This document shows positions 8,347-15,715 of a DNA stretch of 17,443 nucleotides, one piece after another. Every line of letters begins with the position of its first letter. The stretch's first letter is position 1. The position numbers and the translations under genes are program-made. Below the pieces are notes generated by a model. That model had not been told where the DNA came from and searched no databases. It saw nothing but the letters and a program-made list of their open reading frames with translations. The stretch spans positions 1-17,443 of the forward strand of contig JAZDNV010000004.1 in NCBI GenBank assembly GCA_043799385.1, given 5' to 3'. This DNA is from Candidatus Aenigmatarchaeota archaeon (lineage in GTDB: Archaea > Aenigmatarchaeota > Aenigmatarchaeia > GW2011-AR5).

Positions 8347-9567
8347 ATGGGAATTCTCAACCGTATAAGAAATGTCTTTAGGGAAGAACAAAAGATTACT
8401 GAGTTGGAGATATCACTGGAAGACCTTATTCTCAGGCTGGATAAAAGAACCGATGAGCAGAATAAAGAAATAACTGAAAAGTCCTATGAAAGAATAAAAC
8501 CAATTGAAAATGAACTTGATTCCCTAAAAAGGTCGATAGACGAATTTGAAAAGCTTGAGCATGCAGGCGTGTTGGAAGGCTCAAAGGCGGTCAAAGAAAG
8601 ATTCTGCCAGTATTCAAAGAATCAGTTAGATGCGATAATAAAGCCGTCAAAAAACCTGCACGAAATAAGATATTTTTTGAACAACACATACAGTATAATC
8701 AATAATCTTGGCGGTCTGACGCCCAGGCAATTGATGCATATAGAAATCTTTTTCAAGGCAGATTTCATGCCAATGGCCAAGAAGGTGCGGGAAATAAGCA
8801 ACATGGTCAACGAAACCATGGGAATCATGAAAAGCGATTCAGAATTCTATGGTCATATAAAAGACATTCATGAAAAAATGAAAGAACTCGACAATGTCAT
8901 AATCCGGAAGAATAGCTATATGGAATCGTTGAGCAAAGAAATAGAGAAGTTGAGCAAAGAAAATGAACAGATATCTGGTGAGATAAGCAAAATAGACATT
9001 TCGGACAGCGGCGCGATAGATGAACTTGAGAAGAATATAGACCTCATTAAACAGGAAATATTATCTTTTCTGTCAATAGAGAAATTGCTTAAAATTTTGG
9101 TCCATGAGAAAGGGATAAAGGACTGGCTGCTTGATCTATACATAGAATCGCCGGTTACAGCTTTGCTCAGCGACAGGGATATGAAGATAAATCATTTCAT
9201 AAAAGAGGCGCTGAAACTCACCGAGAAAGGCGACATGGAAGTAGAGAAAAAGAAGATAGACAAGGCCAAAAAAATAATAGATAGTACCGATTACCTGAAA
9301 AGCAAGAAAAAGGAACTTTCAGAAGCGATGAACGAGCTAAAGAAAAAGAAGGAATACCTGAATAATGTGATTGCCCCTGAGATAGAGAAGAAGAAAAGGC
9401 GTGTGAACGAAAAGATCAGGATTGAATCTAACATAAAAAATCTAGAAAAATCCATGGAAGAAATACCAAAGGCTATTGAAGAAGCAGAAACAGGGAAGAA
9501 AGAATCGAAGAACGAGATTGCAACAATAGCCTCAAAAATAATGGGAGTGAAAGTGAAGATAAGGTAA
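8347..9567 (+). CDS. Hypothetical long coiled-coil protein (406 aa)
   Basis: Long E/K/I/L-rich heptad-like ORF. No Walker A motif seen. Confidence 0.88.
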   Translation: MGILNRIRNVFREEQKITELEISLEDLILRLDKRTDEQNKEITEKSYERIKPIENELDSLKRSIDEFEKLEHAGVLEGSKAVKERFCQYSKNQLDAIIKPSKNLHEIRYFLNNTYSIINNLGGLTPRQLMHIEIFFKADFMPMAKKVREISNMVNETMGIMKSDSEFYGHIKDIHEKMKELDNVIIRKNSYMESLSKEIEKLSKENEQISGEISKIDISDSGAIDELEKNIDLIKQEILSFLSIEKLLKILVHEKGIKDWLLDLYIESPVTALLSDRDMKINHFIKEALKLTEKGDMEVEKKKIDKAKKIIDSTDYLKSKKKELSEAMNELKKKKEYLNNVIAPEIEKKKRRVNEKIRIESNIKNLEKSMEEIPKAIEEAETGKKESKNEIATIASKIMGVKVKIR

Positions 9568-9597
9568 TCTACTCTGCAAAAAAATATCCGAATCAAT

Positions 9598-9894
9598 TCA
9601 TCTATTTGGTGTAGAATCCGACCGATCATACAATCTTAACCGGTCTTCTACGTATACAAATATTGCCCTGTAAAGATAGCCTTCAGGGGTGTCGTCGATA
9701 AACAGGCTGGGATTGCGCGCTGCCATGTTCAATAATGAATTTACGCATCCTTTATAATATTCGATACCTTTCAACTCTCCCTTATCCACAAGGCTTCGTG
9801 CTTCACCGGCAAGTTTAGGTTCAGTTGACTGCATATCTTCCCATGCCAGTCCAAAATAACTGCCCAACGGGTCCTTGTTGTTTGATTCAGACAT
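9598..9894 (-). CDS. Hypothetical protein (98 aa)
   Basis: ATG start with upstream GGGGTG SD-like sequence and TTTAAAT TATA. Fills the gap. Confidence 0.7.
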   Translation of the reverse strand: MSESNNKDPLGSYFGLAWEDMQSTEPKLAGEARSLVDKGELKGIEYYKGCVNSLLNMAARNPSLFIDDTPEGYLYRAIFVYVEDRLRLYDRSDSTPNR

Positions 9895-10015
9895 ATCTAA
9901 CGCACCCCTTAAGATTATAGCTATTTCCCGGTATTTAAAGATATCTATATTTCACTACTTAGAGGTAAATATAAGCCTCCGTAGTTAAATGAACAAAAGC
10001 GAGCGTTTTGAGGTC

Positions 10016-10186
10016 TTATCTCTTCTTGCTTTTTTTCATGGGCCTGTAGGCTGAAGCGCCTATCATGATTATCCCTAGCAAGCCAAAGAACGCAGGGAAA
10101 ACTCCAAGGCCCTCTTTTACGAAAAGCAGCGCCAGTGCTGTTATCGCTATCAACGCTATCCCGACCCAGAACATTGGTTTATTCAT
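10016..10186 (-). CDS. Small two-TM membrane protein (56 aa)
   Basis: MNKPMFWVGIALIAITALALLF...FFGLLGIIMIGA plus a basic tail. Start moved to ATG 10186. Confidence 0.75.
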   Translation of the reverse strand: MNKPMFWVGIALIAITALALLFVKEGLGVFPAFFGLLGIIMIGASAYRPMKKSKKR

Positions 10187-10278
10187 GACATAATGTATCA
10201 GGACGATAATAAAAAGTTTTGAAAAGCCTACACGCATAAGAATTATAAATAACCAATCTAATAGTTATAGTAGATTAC

Positions 10279-10812
10279 ATGATAATTGAATTAATCCAGC
10301 TTTTTGTATTGAGCGTGATAATCAGAAGCATAAAGACAATCGAAGATATAACACAAATCGGAGGGCATAAGACAATCACCGCTTTTCTGATAGTAATTGA
10401 AACGGTGTTCTTTCTTTATGTTTTCAGGGCGATCGTATTGAGCGACCTGAACCTGTTTTTGCTCGTTGCAGTCGCTGGCGGATATGTGGCAGGATATTAC
10501 CTTGGGTCAATCATAGAAGATAAGATGGCGCTTGGAAAGCTGATTGTTACAATCAAGATTTCGAAAAGTCATTCAAAACATCTTTCTAAAATACTGAGAG
10601 ACAACGGCTTTGTTTTCATACAGTCAAAAAGGTTCTACACCCACAAGGGAAAGCTGAGAAAAATACACCAGGGAATAATATACAGGAAAGAGCTGCCAAA
10701 GCTAAAACATATAACAAAGGACCTGCCAATAATCGCTACGGTCGAAGACGTGAAATCCACGTTCGGCAAGAAAATAATCAGCTCCAAGGACTACCTTGAG
10801 GCGAACAAATAA
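10279..10812 (+). CDS. UPF0316-like (DUF5698/DUF2179) membrane protein
   Basis: Three TM segments followed by AGGYVAGYYLGSIIEDKMALG, then a soluble domain with LRDNGF. Confidence 0.8.
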   Translation: MIIELIQLFVLSVIIRSIKTIEDITQIGGHKTITAFLIVIETVFFLYVFRAIVLSDLNLFLLVAVAGGYVAGYYLGSIIEDKMALGKLIVTIKISKSHSKHLSKILRDNGFVFIQSKRFYTHKGKLRKIHQGIIYRKELPKLKHITKDLPIIATVEDVKSTFGKKIISSKDYLEANK

Positions 10813-10845
10813 CCGCTGGAGACTTAATTGTGTCACTATAGCGGT
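10812..10845 (+). terminator. Stem-loop directly after the stop codon
   Basis: ACCGCT...GAC TTAATTGT GTC...AGCGGT inverted repeat. Function not established. Confidence 0.3.
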
Positions 10846-10927
10846 ATTCACTAAATCGTAATTAAAATTACACAGCTTTAAGTAGTATACAGTATATAAT
10901 ATATTTAGGAATATATAGGTGAGAAAT

Positions 10928-11032
10928 ATGAAATATACAATTCGAAAGTTAACAATAAGTTCTTTATTGACACGAGCAGTATGGCAACTTAAGGATAACT
11001 TCTCACAATTTTATCCTAGACCAAACGTTTGA
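10928..11032 (+). CDS. Putative 34-aa micro-ORF or leader peptide
   Basis: GGTGA SD 5 nt before ATG. MKYTIRKLTISSLLTRAVWQLKDNFSQFYPRPNV*. TATA-like CTTTAAGTA at ~10876-10884. Confidence 0.45.
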   Translation: MKYTIRKLTISSLLTRAVWQLKDNFSQFYPRPNV

Positions 11033-11059
11033 CATCCAATTTAGGAACTTATCATATTT

Positions 11060-11339
11060 GATAGGCTGATAACGTGGCACCAAGGTTCCTCAATGTGAGG
11101 AGCTCACTACTGACATAATTCAGCGATTTTGCTGGAAGAGACTGCATCATTCGGCTTTTGAACCGAAAAAGATAACCCAACAATGACAAGAGAAAGACAT
11201 TAATAATGTGCGTTAATAATGGGCGTGAAAACTTATCATTCTGGGTTTGCAAATTTGACGTGTTCAGTCTTCTTGGAAATCAGTAATCTAAAGGTCAGGG
11301 TTTCTGAGACTCAGTCGCCAAAACCACGTTATCCCTATT
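11060..11339 (+). ncRNA. Candidate ~280-nt multibranched structured RNA, family unrecognised
   Basis: Closing stem GATAACGTGG (11068-77)/CCACGTTATC (11324-33) plus ATAGG/CCTAT. At least seven nested compatible helices, several with G-U pairs on +. Followed by a T-rich tract (11344-11360). Confidence 0.7.
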
Positions 11340-11380
11340 AGAATTTTATTTATTTTTATTGATCGTAAACGGTGAGAAAT

Positions 11381-11491
11381 ATGAAAACATGTATTAAATG
11401 CGATAAGAGTTTTAAGGAAAAACAAGATTATTATAATCTATGTTATGATTGCTGGAAAGCTGACATGAAGAATAATAAGGGTTATTTCTGA
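11381..11491 (+). CDS. 36-aa CxxC-x13-CxxC zinc-finger micro-protein (not in the ORF track)
   Basis: GGTGA SD. MKTCIKCDKSFKEKQDYYNLCYDCWKADMKNNKGYF*. Confidence 0.75.
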   Translation: MKTCIKCDKSFKEKQDYYNLCYDCWKADMKNNKGYF

Positions 11492-11522
11492 TTGATGGAC
11501 TTTCTTTGAATAGAAAAGAGAC

Positions 11523-11762
11523 TTATGGACGGCACGAATCTTTTTCTGGCATGTCTTTTATTTCAATTTTTGTCTTTTCCTTGTATCTTTCGCGGAGGTC
11601 GTATATCCAACCATAGCCTTCGGCTATCAAGTCCTTGTCAACCCCTTGGTTAGTTTCTCCGTTCAGCCATGCGATTACCTCCTTTAAATCGGCTCTTCCG
11701 AAATCTTCTCTTTTACTGTTTCCATTCAACCAGGACATCAGCTGCCTCTTTGTTGCGTACAT
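11523..11762 (-). CDS. Hypothetical protein (79 aa)
   Basis: ATG start. Internal duplicated SWLNG/AWLNG motif. TATA-like CTTAAG upstream. Confidence 0.65.
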   Translation of the reverse strand: MYATKRQLMSWLNGNSKREDFGRADLKEVIAWLNGETNQGVDKDLIAEGYGWIYDLRERYKEKTKIEIKDMPEKDSCRP

Positions 11763-11805
11763 ATCTATAATTATGTATCCAAAGTTCCTTAAGATAGTCT
11801 TTTCG

Positions 11806-12270
11806 CTAAGAATAATTCTTCAATTCAAGTAAGTGCTGATGTTGCCATTCTCGTTCTTTAGCTACGGCATCGTCAGAACCGGTGGCTCTATGGATGGCCT
11901 GTTGGGCATAAATTGCAGGACCATAAGAATGTCGTGGAACATGAGCTGTTGCTACTGCCTGGCCGGCGGCACGGGCAGCAGAGCGAGCCGCATTGTTCTC
12001 TCCTACTTCGCGGGCAGCAGCATGAGCGTCAAGCGAAGCCTTGCGAATAACTGCCATCTTAAACACCCCTGTATCTATCCAAGTACGTAAGGTCGTGATA
12101 GCGTTTCGAGGGCGATTGTCTTCCGGATATTTTTCATCAAAGTACGGCAGGACACGCTTAGCGCAGTCAGCAGCCCAGACTGCTAATGTTTTATGGTCAG
12201 TTTTGCTCGCAAGCTTTACAATTCTCTCGTCTTTGTAGCGTGTAAGTGAAAATTTGGATTTTTCTTTCAT
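11806..12270 (-). CDS. Imm5-like 'putative immunity protein' (154 aa)
   Basis: HKTLAVWAADCAKRVLPYF...PEDNRPRNAI...AHAAARE...AARAAGQAVATAHVPRH...YA...EREWQ signature. Start moved to ATG 12270 because the longer ORF overlaps the tRNA. Confidence 0.85.
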   Translation of the reverse strand: MKEKSKFSLTRYKDERIVKLASKTDHKTLAVWAADCAKRVLPYFDEKYPEDNRPRNAITTLRTWIDTGVFKMAVIRKASLDAHAAAREVGENNAARSAARAAGQAVATAHVPRHSYGPAIYAQQAIHRATGSDDAVAKEREWQHQHLLELKNYS

Positions 12271-12288
12271 ATTCTCACAAAAGTTTAG

Positions 12289-12437
12289 AGCCTCCGGAGG
12301 GAATTGAACCCCCAACCTTCTGTTTACAAAACAGATGCTCTTTCCTGAGACCTTTCTAAGATAATGCCACTTGTTTCTTTGAATCCAAGGGCCTTTCTTT
12401 ACAAAGAAAGGGGCTTGCCAGGTTGAGCTACAGAGGC
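12289..12437 (-). tRNA. tRNA-Thr(UGU) with a 75-nt D-loop intron (exons 12437-12417 and 12341-12289)
   Basis: Acceptor GCCTCTG/CGGAGGC, D-stem GCTC/GAGC, anticodon arm TCTGT-TTTGTAA-ACAGA, T-arm GGGGG-TTCAATT-CCCTC. CCA is not encoded. Confidence 0.95.
12342..12416 (-). other. Non-canonical tRNA intron (position ~20/21) with a BHB-like splice motif
   Basis: Central helix CCTG/CAGG followed by 3-nt GCA and AAA. Cutting after the second nt of each restores the D-loop AACCTGGCA. Confidence 0.88.
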
Positions 12438-12491
12438 TTAATACATTAAGAGAACGGGAAGGTTTTTATCCTTTTTCTACATATTGGCAGT

Positions 12492-12728
12492 ATGACAGGA
12501 ACCAAAAGTCTGGACGAGGCGATTGGCTATGCTAAATTCGATATGCTTAGGTTTGAATATTTTAATTCTGTAAAGGGGAGCGTAATCTACCGGATAACAA
12601 ACAGCAAATCAAACCTGTCATGGATGCTTGAAATCCCGACCCAGTTGTATGAAGAATTGGGAAAGCCCATGCGGACTGACGGCGAAAAATTGCGCAAAAA
12701 GTTCGAAACCTTGGCTAAAAATCCATAG
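12492..12728 (+). CDS. Hypothetical protein (78 aa)
   Basis: ATG start ~25 nt after TTTTTAT, divergent from the tRNA. Fills the gap. Confidence 0.65.
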   Translation: MTGTKSLDEAIGYAKFDMLRFEYFNSVKGSVIYRITNSKSNLSWMLEIPTQLYEELGKPMRTDGEKLRKKFETLAKNP

Positions 12729-12734
12729 AAAGTC

Positions 12735-13253
12735 TTATCCTGCGACAAAATTCAACGTGTTCGGCGCAACGAACATGAACACGACTGCGTTAAATGCAAC
12801 GTTCGTTATGGCGAAAGGCAGGAATTTTCCGACGTTCTCGCGCATGATTAAAAGGGTGACGAGAAAGTTGAACGCATTCAAGGCGAACGTTGCAAAGATG
12901 CCGAATCGCGCTATGCTCATCGCTGTCGTGCCGGCGAAAAAGCCGACTGCGCTGTACGCAGGTATGACCCAGAGCAGATAGACGCCTAGATGCTGGGATA
13001 CGACCATGTGGAACGTTATCAGTATGAAGCCCAAGATTACAGCAGGCCACGGACCATACGCGAAACCCGTGAGCACTGTGATGAGCAGAACGAGCTCAAC
13101 TCCGATACCGCGAATGTGCCATGCGCCAAGGCAGTAGCTGAGGATAACACTGAGAATTATCAATGAAACAAAAAAGAGCGGCTTGAACAATATGGAAAAG
13201 ACGAGCATGAGAATTGCGAAGATTATTATTATTTTATTGAAATTCAGCTCCAT
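12735..13253 (-). CDS. Multi-pass membrane protein, ECF S-component-like
   Basis: About six TM helices in 172 aa. GVEL..LITVLTGFAYGPW pattern resembles ECF S-components. Family call is tentative. Confidence 0.75.
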   Translation of the reverse strand: MELNFNKIIIIFAILMLVFSILFKPLFFVSLIILSVILSYCLGAWHIRGIGVELVLLITVLTGFAYGPWPAVILGFILITFHMVVSQHLGVYLLWVIPAYSAVGFFAGTTAMSIARFGIFATFALNAFNFLVTLLIMRENVGKFLPFAITNVAFNAVVFMFVAPNTLNFVAG

Positions 13254-13293
13254 GAGAAATAGTATGGCAGATGAAATATAAAAACCGAACCTT

Positions 13294-13590
13294 CTACGAC
13301 TTCTTCATCTCTCTCTTCGCTTCGTCTTTCATCTTAGGAACGCTTATCTTCGCGCCGCATTTTTCGCACTTGGTGGAGAACGGGCGCTTCCATTCCTGTT
13401 CAATATAACCGCAGTGCTTGCACTCAGGGCACACGTATTCAACGCGCGCCAGATTATCACTCTTGAGGACTAGAACGCGAGTCTGGCCGGTTATCTCACC
13501 TTTCTTGTTTTTAGAAGAGCGGTTAGTGTGATACAAACATTGCGACGGTAATATTTTTTTCTCTGCGACGAATTTTTGAATTTTGTCCAT
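13294..13590 (-). CDS. Zn-ribbon protein (98 aa)
   Basis: YVCPECKH...CEKCG. Basic protein. Confidence 0.85.
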   Translation of the reverse strand: MDKIQKFVAEKKILPSQCLYHTNRSSKNKKGEITGQTRVLVLKSDNLARVEYVCPECKHCGYIEQEWKRPFSTKCEKCGAKISVPKMKDEAKREMKKS

Positions 13591-13735
13591 GTGATTTCCC
13601 TACTATTAAATGCAGCGATTGTATATAAGCTTTTTGCAGTTTTCTTGAAAAATCTTTAAATCATCCCTGTTGATTTAAATATTAAAATGCTTCTGGCATT
13701 TTAAAATATTTAAATAGGGGTGCCAAATTATCATC

Positions 13736-14365
13736 GTGAAACGAAAAAAGAACAAGCAAATCAAGAAATCCAATCCAGAGATATGGCTGATACTTCTGGC
13801 GCTAGTCCTGCTCGTTGTATTTTTCATAACGAATTTCATCCAAACCAAGGCCAGATTTCTTACAGAAGAGGATATACAGGATGAGCTCAAAAAACTGTGG
13901 TTAATAAATTCCTACCCGAACAACACGATGATAGACGCGAATGAATACCCGAAGACAATAGGCGTGTACAACGGCCTTGCGCTTATAGAGAAATACTACT
14001 GTTCTGATGTCTGCCCGGCTTACGGCGGCGTATACCTGGTTTTCGAGAACGTCGGAAGAAATAAATGCATAGAAGTCGGTGGCGAAGAGGCCATCGATTA
14101 TGGGTGGGGCGGATACATCGGCTGCAAGCCGCGCGTGGATTTCTACTCATGCACACGAAACGATGACTGCGTTTCTGTGCAGGGCAATTGCTGCAGCTGC
14201 AATATGGGCGGAGCAACTACTGCCGTCAATAAAAACTATGAAAAAGAGTGGAATCGAAGGCGGATAGTCGATTGCCAGGGAACTCTCTGCGCAGCGGTTA
14301 TTTCGCAGGACCCTAGTTGCAGCAAAGAGCCAAAATGCATCAGCGGAAAGTGCGACTTGGCCTAA
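13736..14365 (+). CDS. Membrane-anchored extracellular Cys-rich protein
   Basis: Basic N-terminus and one TM helix. CSDVCP...GCKP domain and a C-terminal CxxDDCV...CCSC..GG..AVN...C...CxxGKC module. Confidence 0.85.
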   Translation: MKRKKNKQIKKSNPEIWLILLALVLLVVFFITNFIQTKARFLTEEDIQDELKKLWLINSYPNNTMIDANEYPKTIGVYNGLALIEKYYCSDVCPAYGGVYLVFENVGRNKCIEVGGEEAIDYGWGGYIGCKPRVDFYSCTRNDDCVSVQGNCCSCNMGGATTAVNKNYEKEWNRRRIVDCQGTLCAAVISQDPSCSKEPKCISGKCDLA

Positions 14366-14369
14366 AATT

Positions 14370-15179
14370 CTATTTCGCTGCTGCTCCTACAAAAAATGCA
14401 ATAAGTGCGACTAGCATCGCGATTTTACAAAGCTTTGCCGAAAAGCGCACTGGAACGACGATGGAAAGGATGAAAAGCATGTCGGCTATTGCTGCGAAAA
14501 ACAGGTAAACGAAACCAAGCGTTCCCAGAACGAACGGGACAACGCTCAACGCAACAGCAGCGATGACGAATATTGATGCAAGCAATTTCGCTTTCATAAC
14601 GCCGAATTTCACTGCTATTGTCGCTACGTTCGCCTTCTTGTCGCCCATGATGTCATCGATGCTCTTGTATATCTCGCGGCCGAGGTTCGATAGAAACGCG
14701 AGCAATGCCAGAGGTAGCAATGACGCGATATTCATTTTTATGAAGCCGCCGAAAAGGAACGTTAATGCGACGAGAATTGAGGTTATGATATTTCCTACGA
14801 GCATGACTTTTTTTAGCTTCCAGGCGTAAAGGAGCAGCAGCAACGATGCGATTATCGCAACAATCAGTGTAGTTCTGTTTATCATAAAGGAAAAGAATAT
14901 TCCCAACGCAAAGAGAAAGAACGCATAAAGCAAGGCTGTGTTTTTTCCTATTTTGCCTGATGCCAGCGGCCTTTTTGGTCGATTTATCTTGTCAGCATCT
15001 ATGTCAAAATAATCATTGACCGCCATTCCTGCCCCGCAAACGAAAAATACGGCAAGCATAGCATACGCTGTTTCGACGCCTGGATACAAGCCAAGGCCTG
15101 AAACGACTGTTGCGATATAGACAGCAATTGCAGACATAATGCAATTTAATGGCCTTATCAACCGCAGATAATCAAGCAT
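14370..15179 (-). CDS. UbiA-family prenyltransferase, likely digeranylgeranylglyceryl-phosphate synthase
   Basis: LRLIRPLNC, NDYFDIDADKINRPKRPLASG, YAWKLK...GN, REIYKSIDDIMGD motifs. Confidence 0.9.
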   Translation of the reverse strand: MLDYLRLIRPLNCIMSAIAVYIATVVSGLGLYPGVETAYAMLAVFFVCGAGMAVNDYFDIDADKINRPKRPLASGKIGKNTALLYAFFLFALGIFFSFMINRTTLIVAIIASLLLLLYAWKLKKVMLVGNIITSILVALTFLFGGFIKMNIASLLPLALLAFLSNLGREIYKSIDDIMGDKKANVATIAVKFGVMKAKLLASIFVIAAVALSVVPFVLGTLGFVYLFFAAIADMLFILSIVVPVRFSAKLCKIAMLVALIAFFVGAAAK

Positions 15180-15242
15180 AATTATTTTTTCGGTTTCCTG
15201 ATATTTAAAGGCGATTAATCAAGGTGAATTATTGGCCAGAAA

Positions 15243-15515
15243 TCAGAGAAAGATGTTATCTCTCTCGTAATTACCTCTCAATGCGATTCTGAGACCGAAC
15301 CTTTTCGATAGGGCATAAACATCGTCTCTGACATCCAAACCATTATTGCTCCCAACTAATATACTGACCGGGATTCCAGAAATAACATGGCAGAAGGACA
15401 GAACATCATATCCTTTCTTCTTTAGTTCCTCAACCATTTGCTTTCCTATTCTTTCAGACGCACTTGAACGTGGACCTTCAATGAATATATCAAACATGTT
15501 ATAGCTATCGATCAT
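15243..15515 (-). CDS. Hypothetical protein (90 aa), possibly ferredoxin/ACT-like fold
   Basis: Alternating beta/alpha pattern. TTTAAATA TATA ~30 nt upstream. Confidence 0.65.
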   Translation of the reverse strand: MIDSYNMFDIFIEGPRSSASERIGKQMVEELKKKGYDVLSFCHVISGIPVSILVGSNNGLDVRDDVYALSKRFGLRIALRGNYERDNIFL

Positions 15516-15637
15516 ATTATCATTTTTTGCTATTGCAGGAAATTATTTAAATCAGAGCAAGTCGTTCCAGGTGATGCGTTTGGCTTTTCGGAAGTACGTT
15601 CAAAGTTAATGCTGATAGTTTTCGTGCAAGGCCAGAT

Positions 15638-15684
15638 AAGTATATTCTGCAACATATACTTTCCCATAAAATAAACCTTAAAAG
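15638..15684 (+). promoter_or_regulatory. Palindromic operator-like site plus BRE/TATA for the downstream RNA
   Basis: AAGTATAT-N8-ATATACTT (15638-15661) followed by AAATAAAC-CTTAAAAG (TATA ~15677-15684). Confidence 0.45.
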
Positions 15685-15715
15685 CTGTCATCTCGCTGTA
15701 TCTCTTATCGGACAA

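Larger units (their letters stand above)
10918..11386 (+). repeat. 16-bp direct repeat GGTGAGAAATATGAAA (10918-10933 and 11371-11386)
   Basis: Exact duplicate. Each copy contains the GGTGA SD and the ATG of a micro-ORF. Confidence 0.85.

Noticed and set aside
8347..9567. SMC/Rad50-like ATPase
   Set aside because: Coiled coil only, with no Walker A/B or signature motif.
11075..11081. TGGCACC matches the T-box UGGNACC core
   Set aside because: It lies 5' of the T-loop module rather than 3', is partly paired in the closing stem, and lacks antiterminator geometry. Not a canonical T-box.
11052..11252. 66-aa minus-strand ORF
   Set aside because: TTG start, no SD, and antisense to the structured RNA.
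12271..12315. 5' extension of the Imm5-like ORF
   Set aside because: Overlaps the tRNA T-arm and acceptor stem.
15530..15715. 61-aa minus-strand ORF
   Set aside because: TTG start, no SD, no motif, and overlaps promoter elements.
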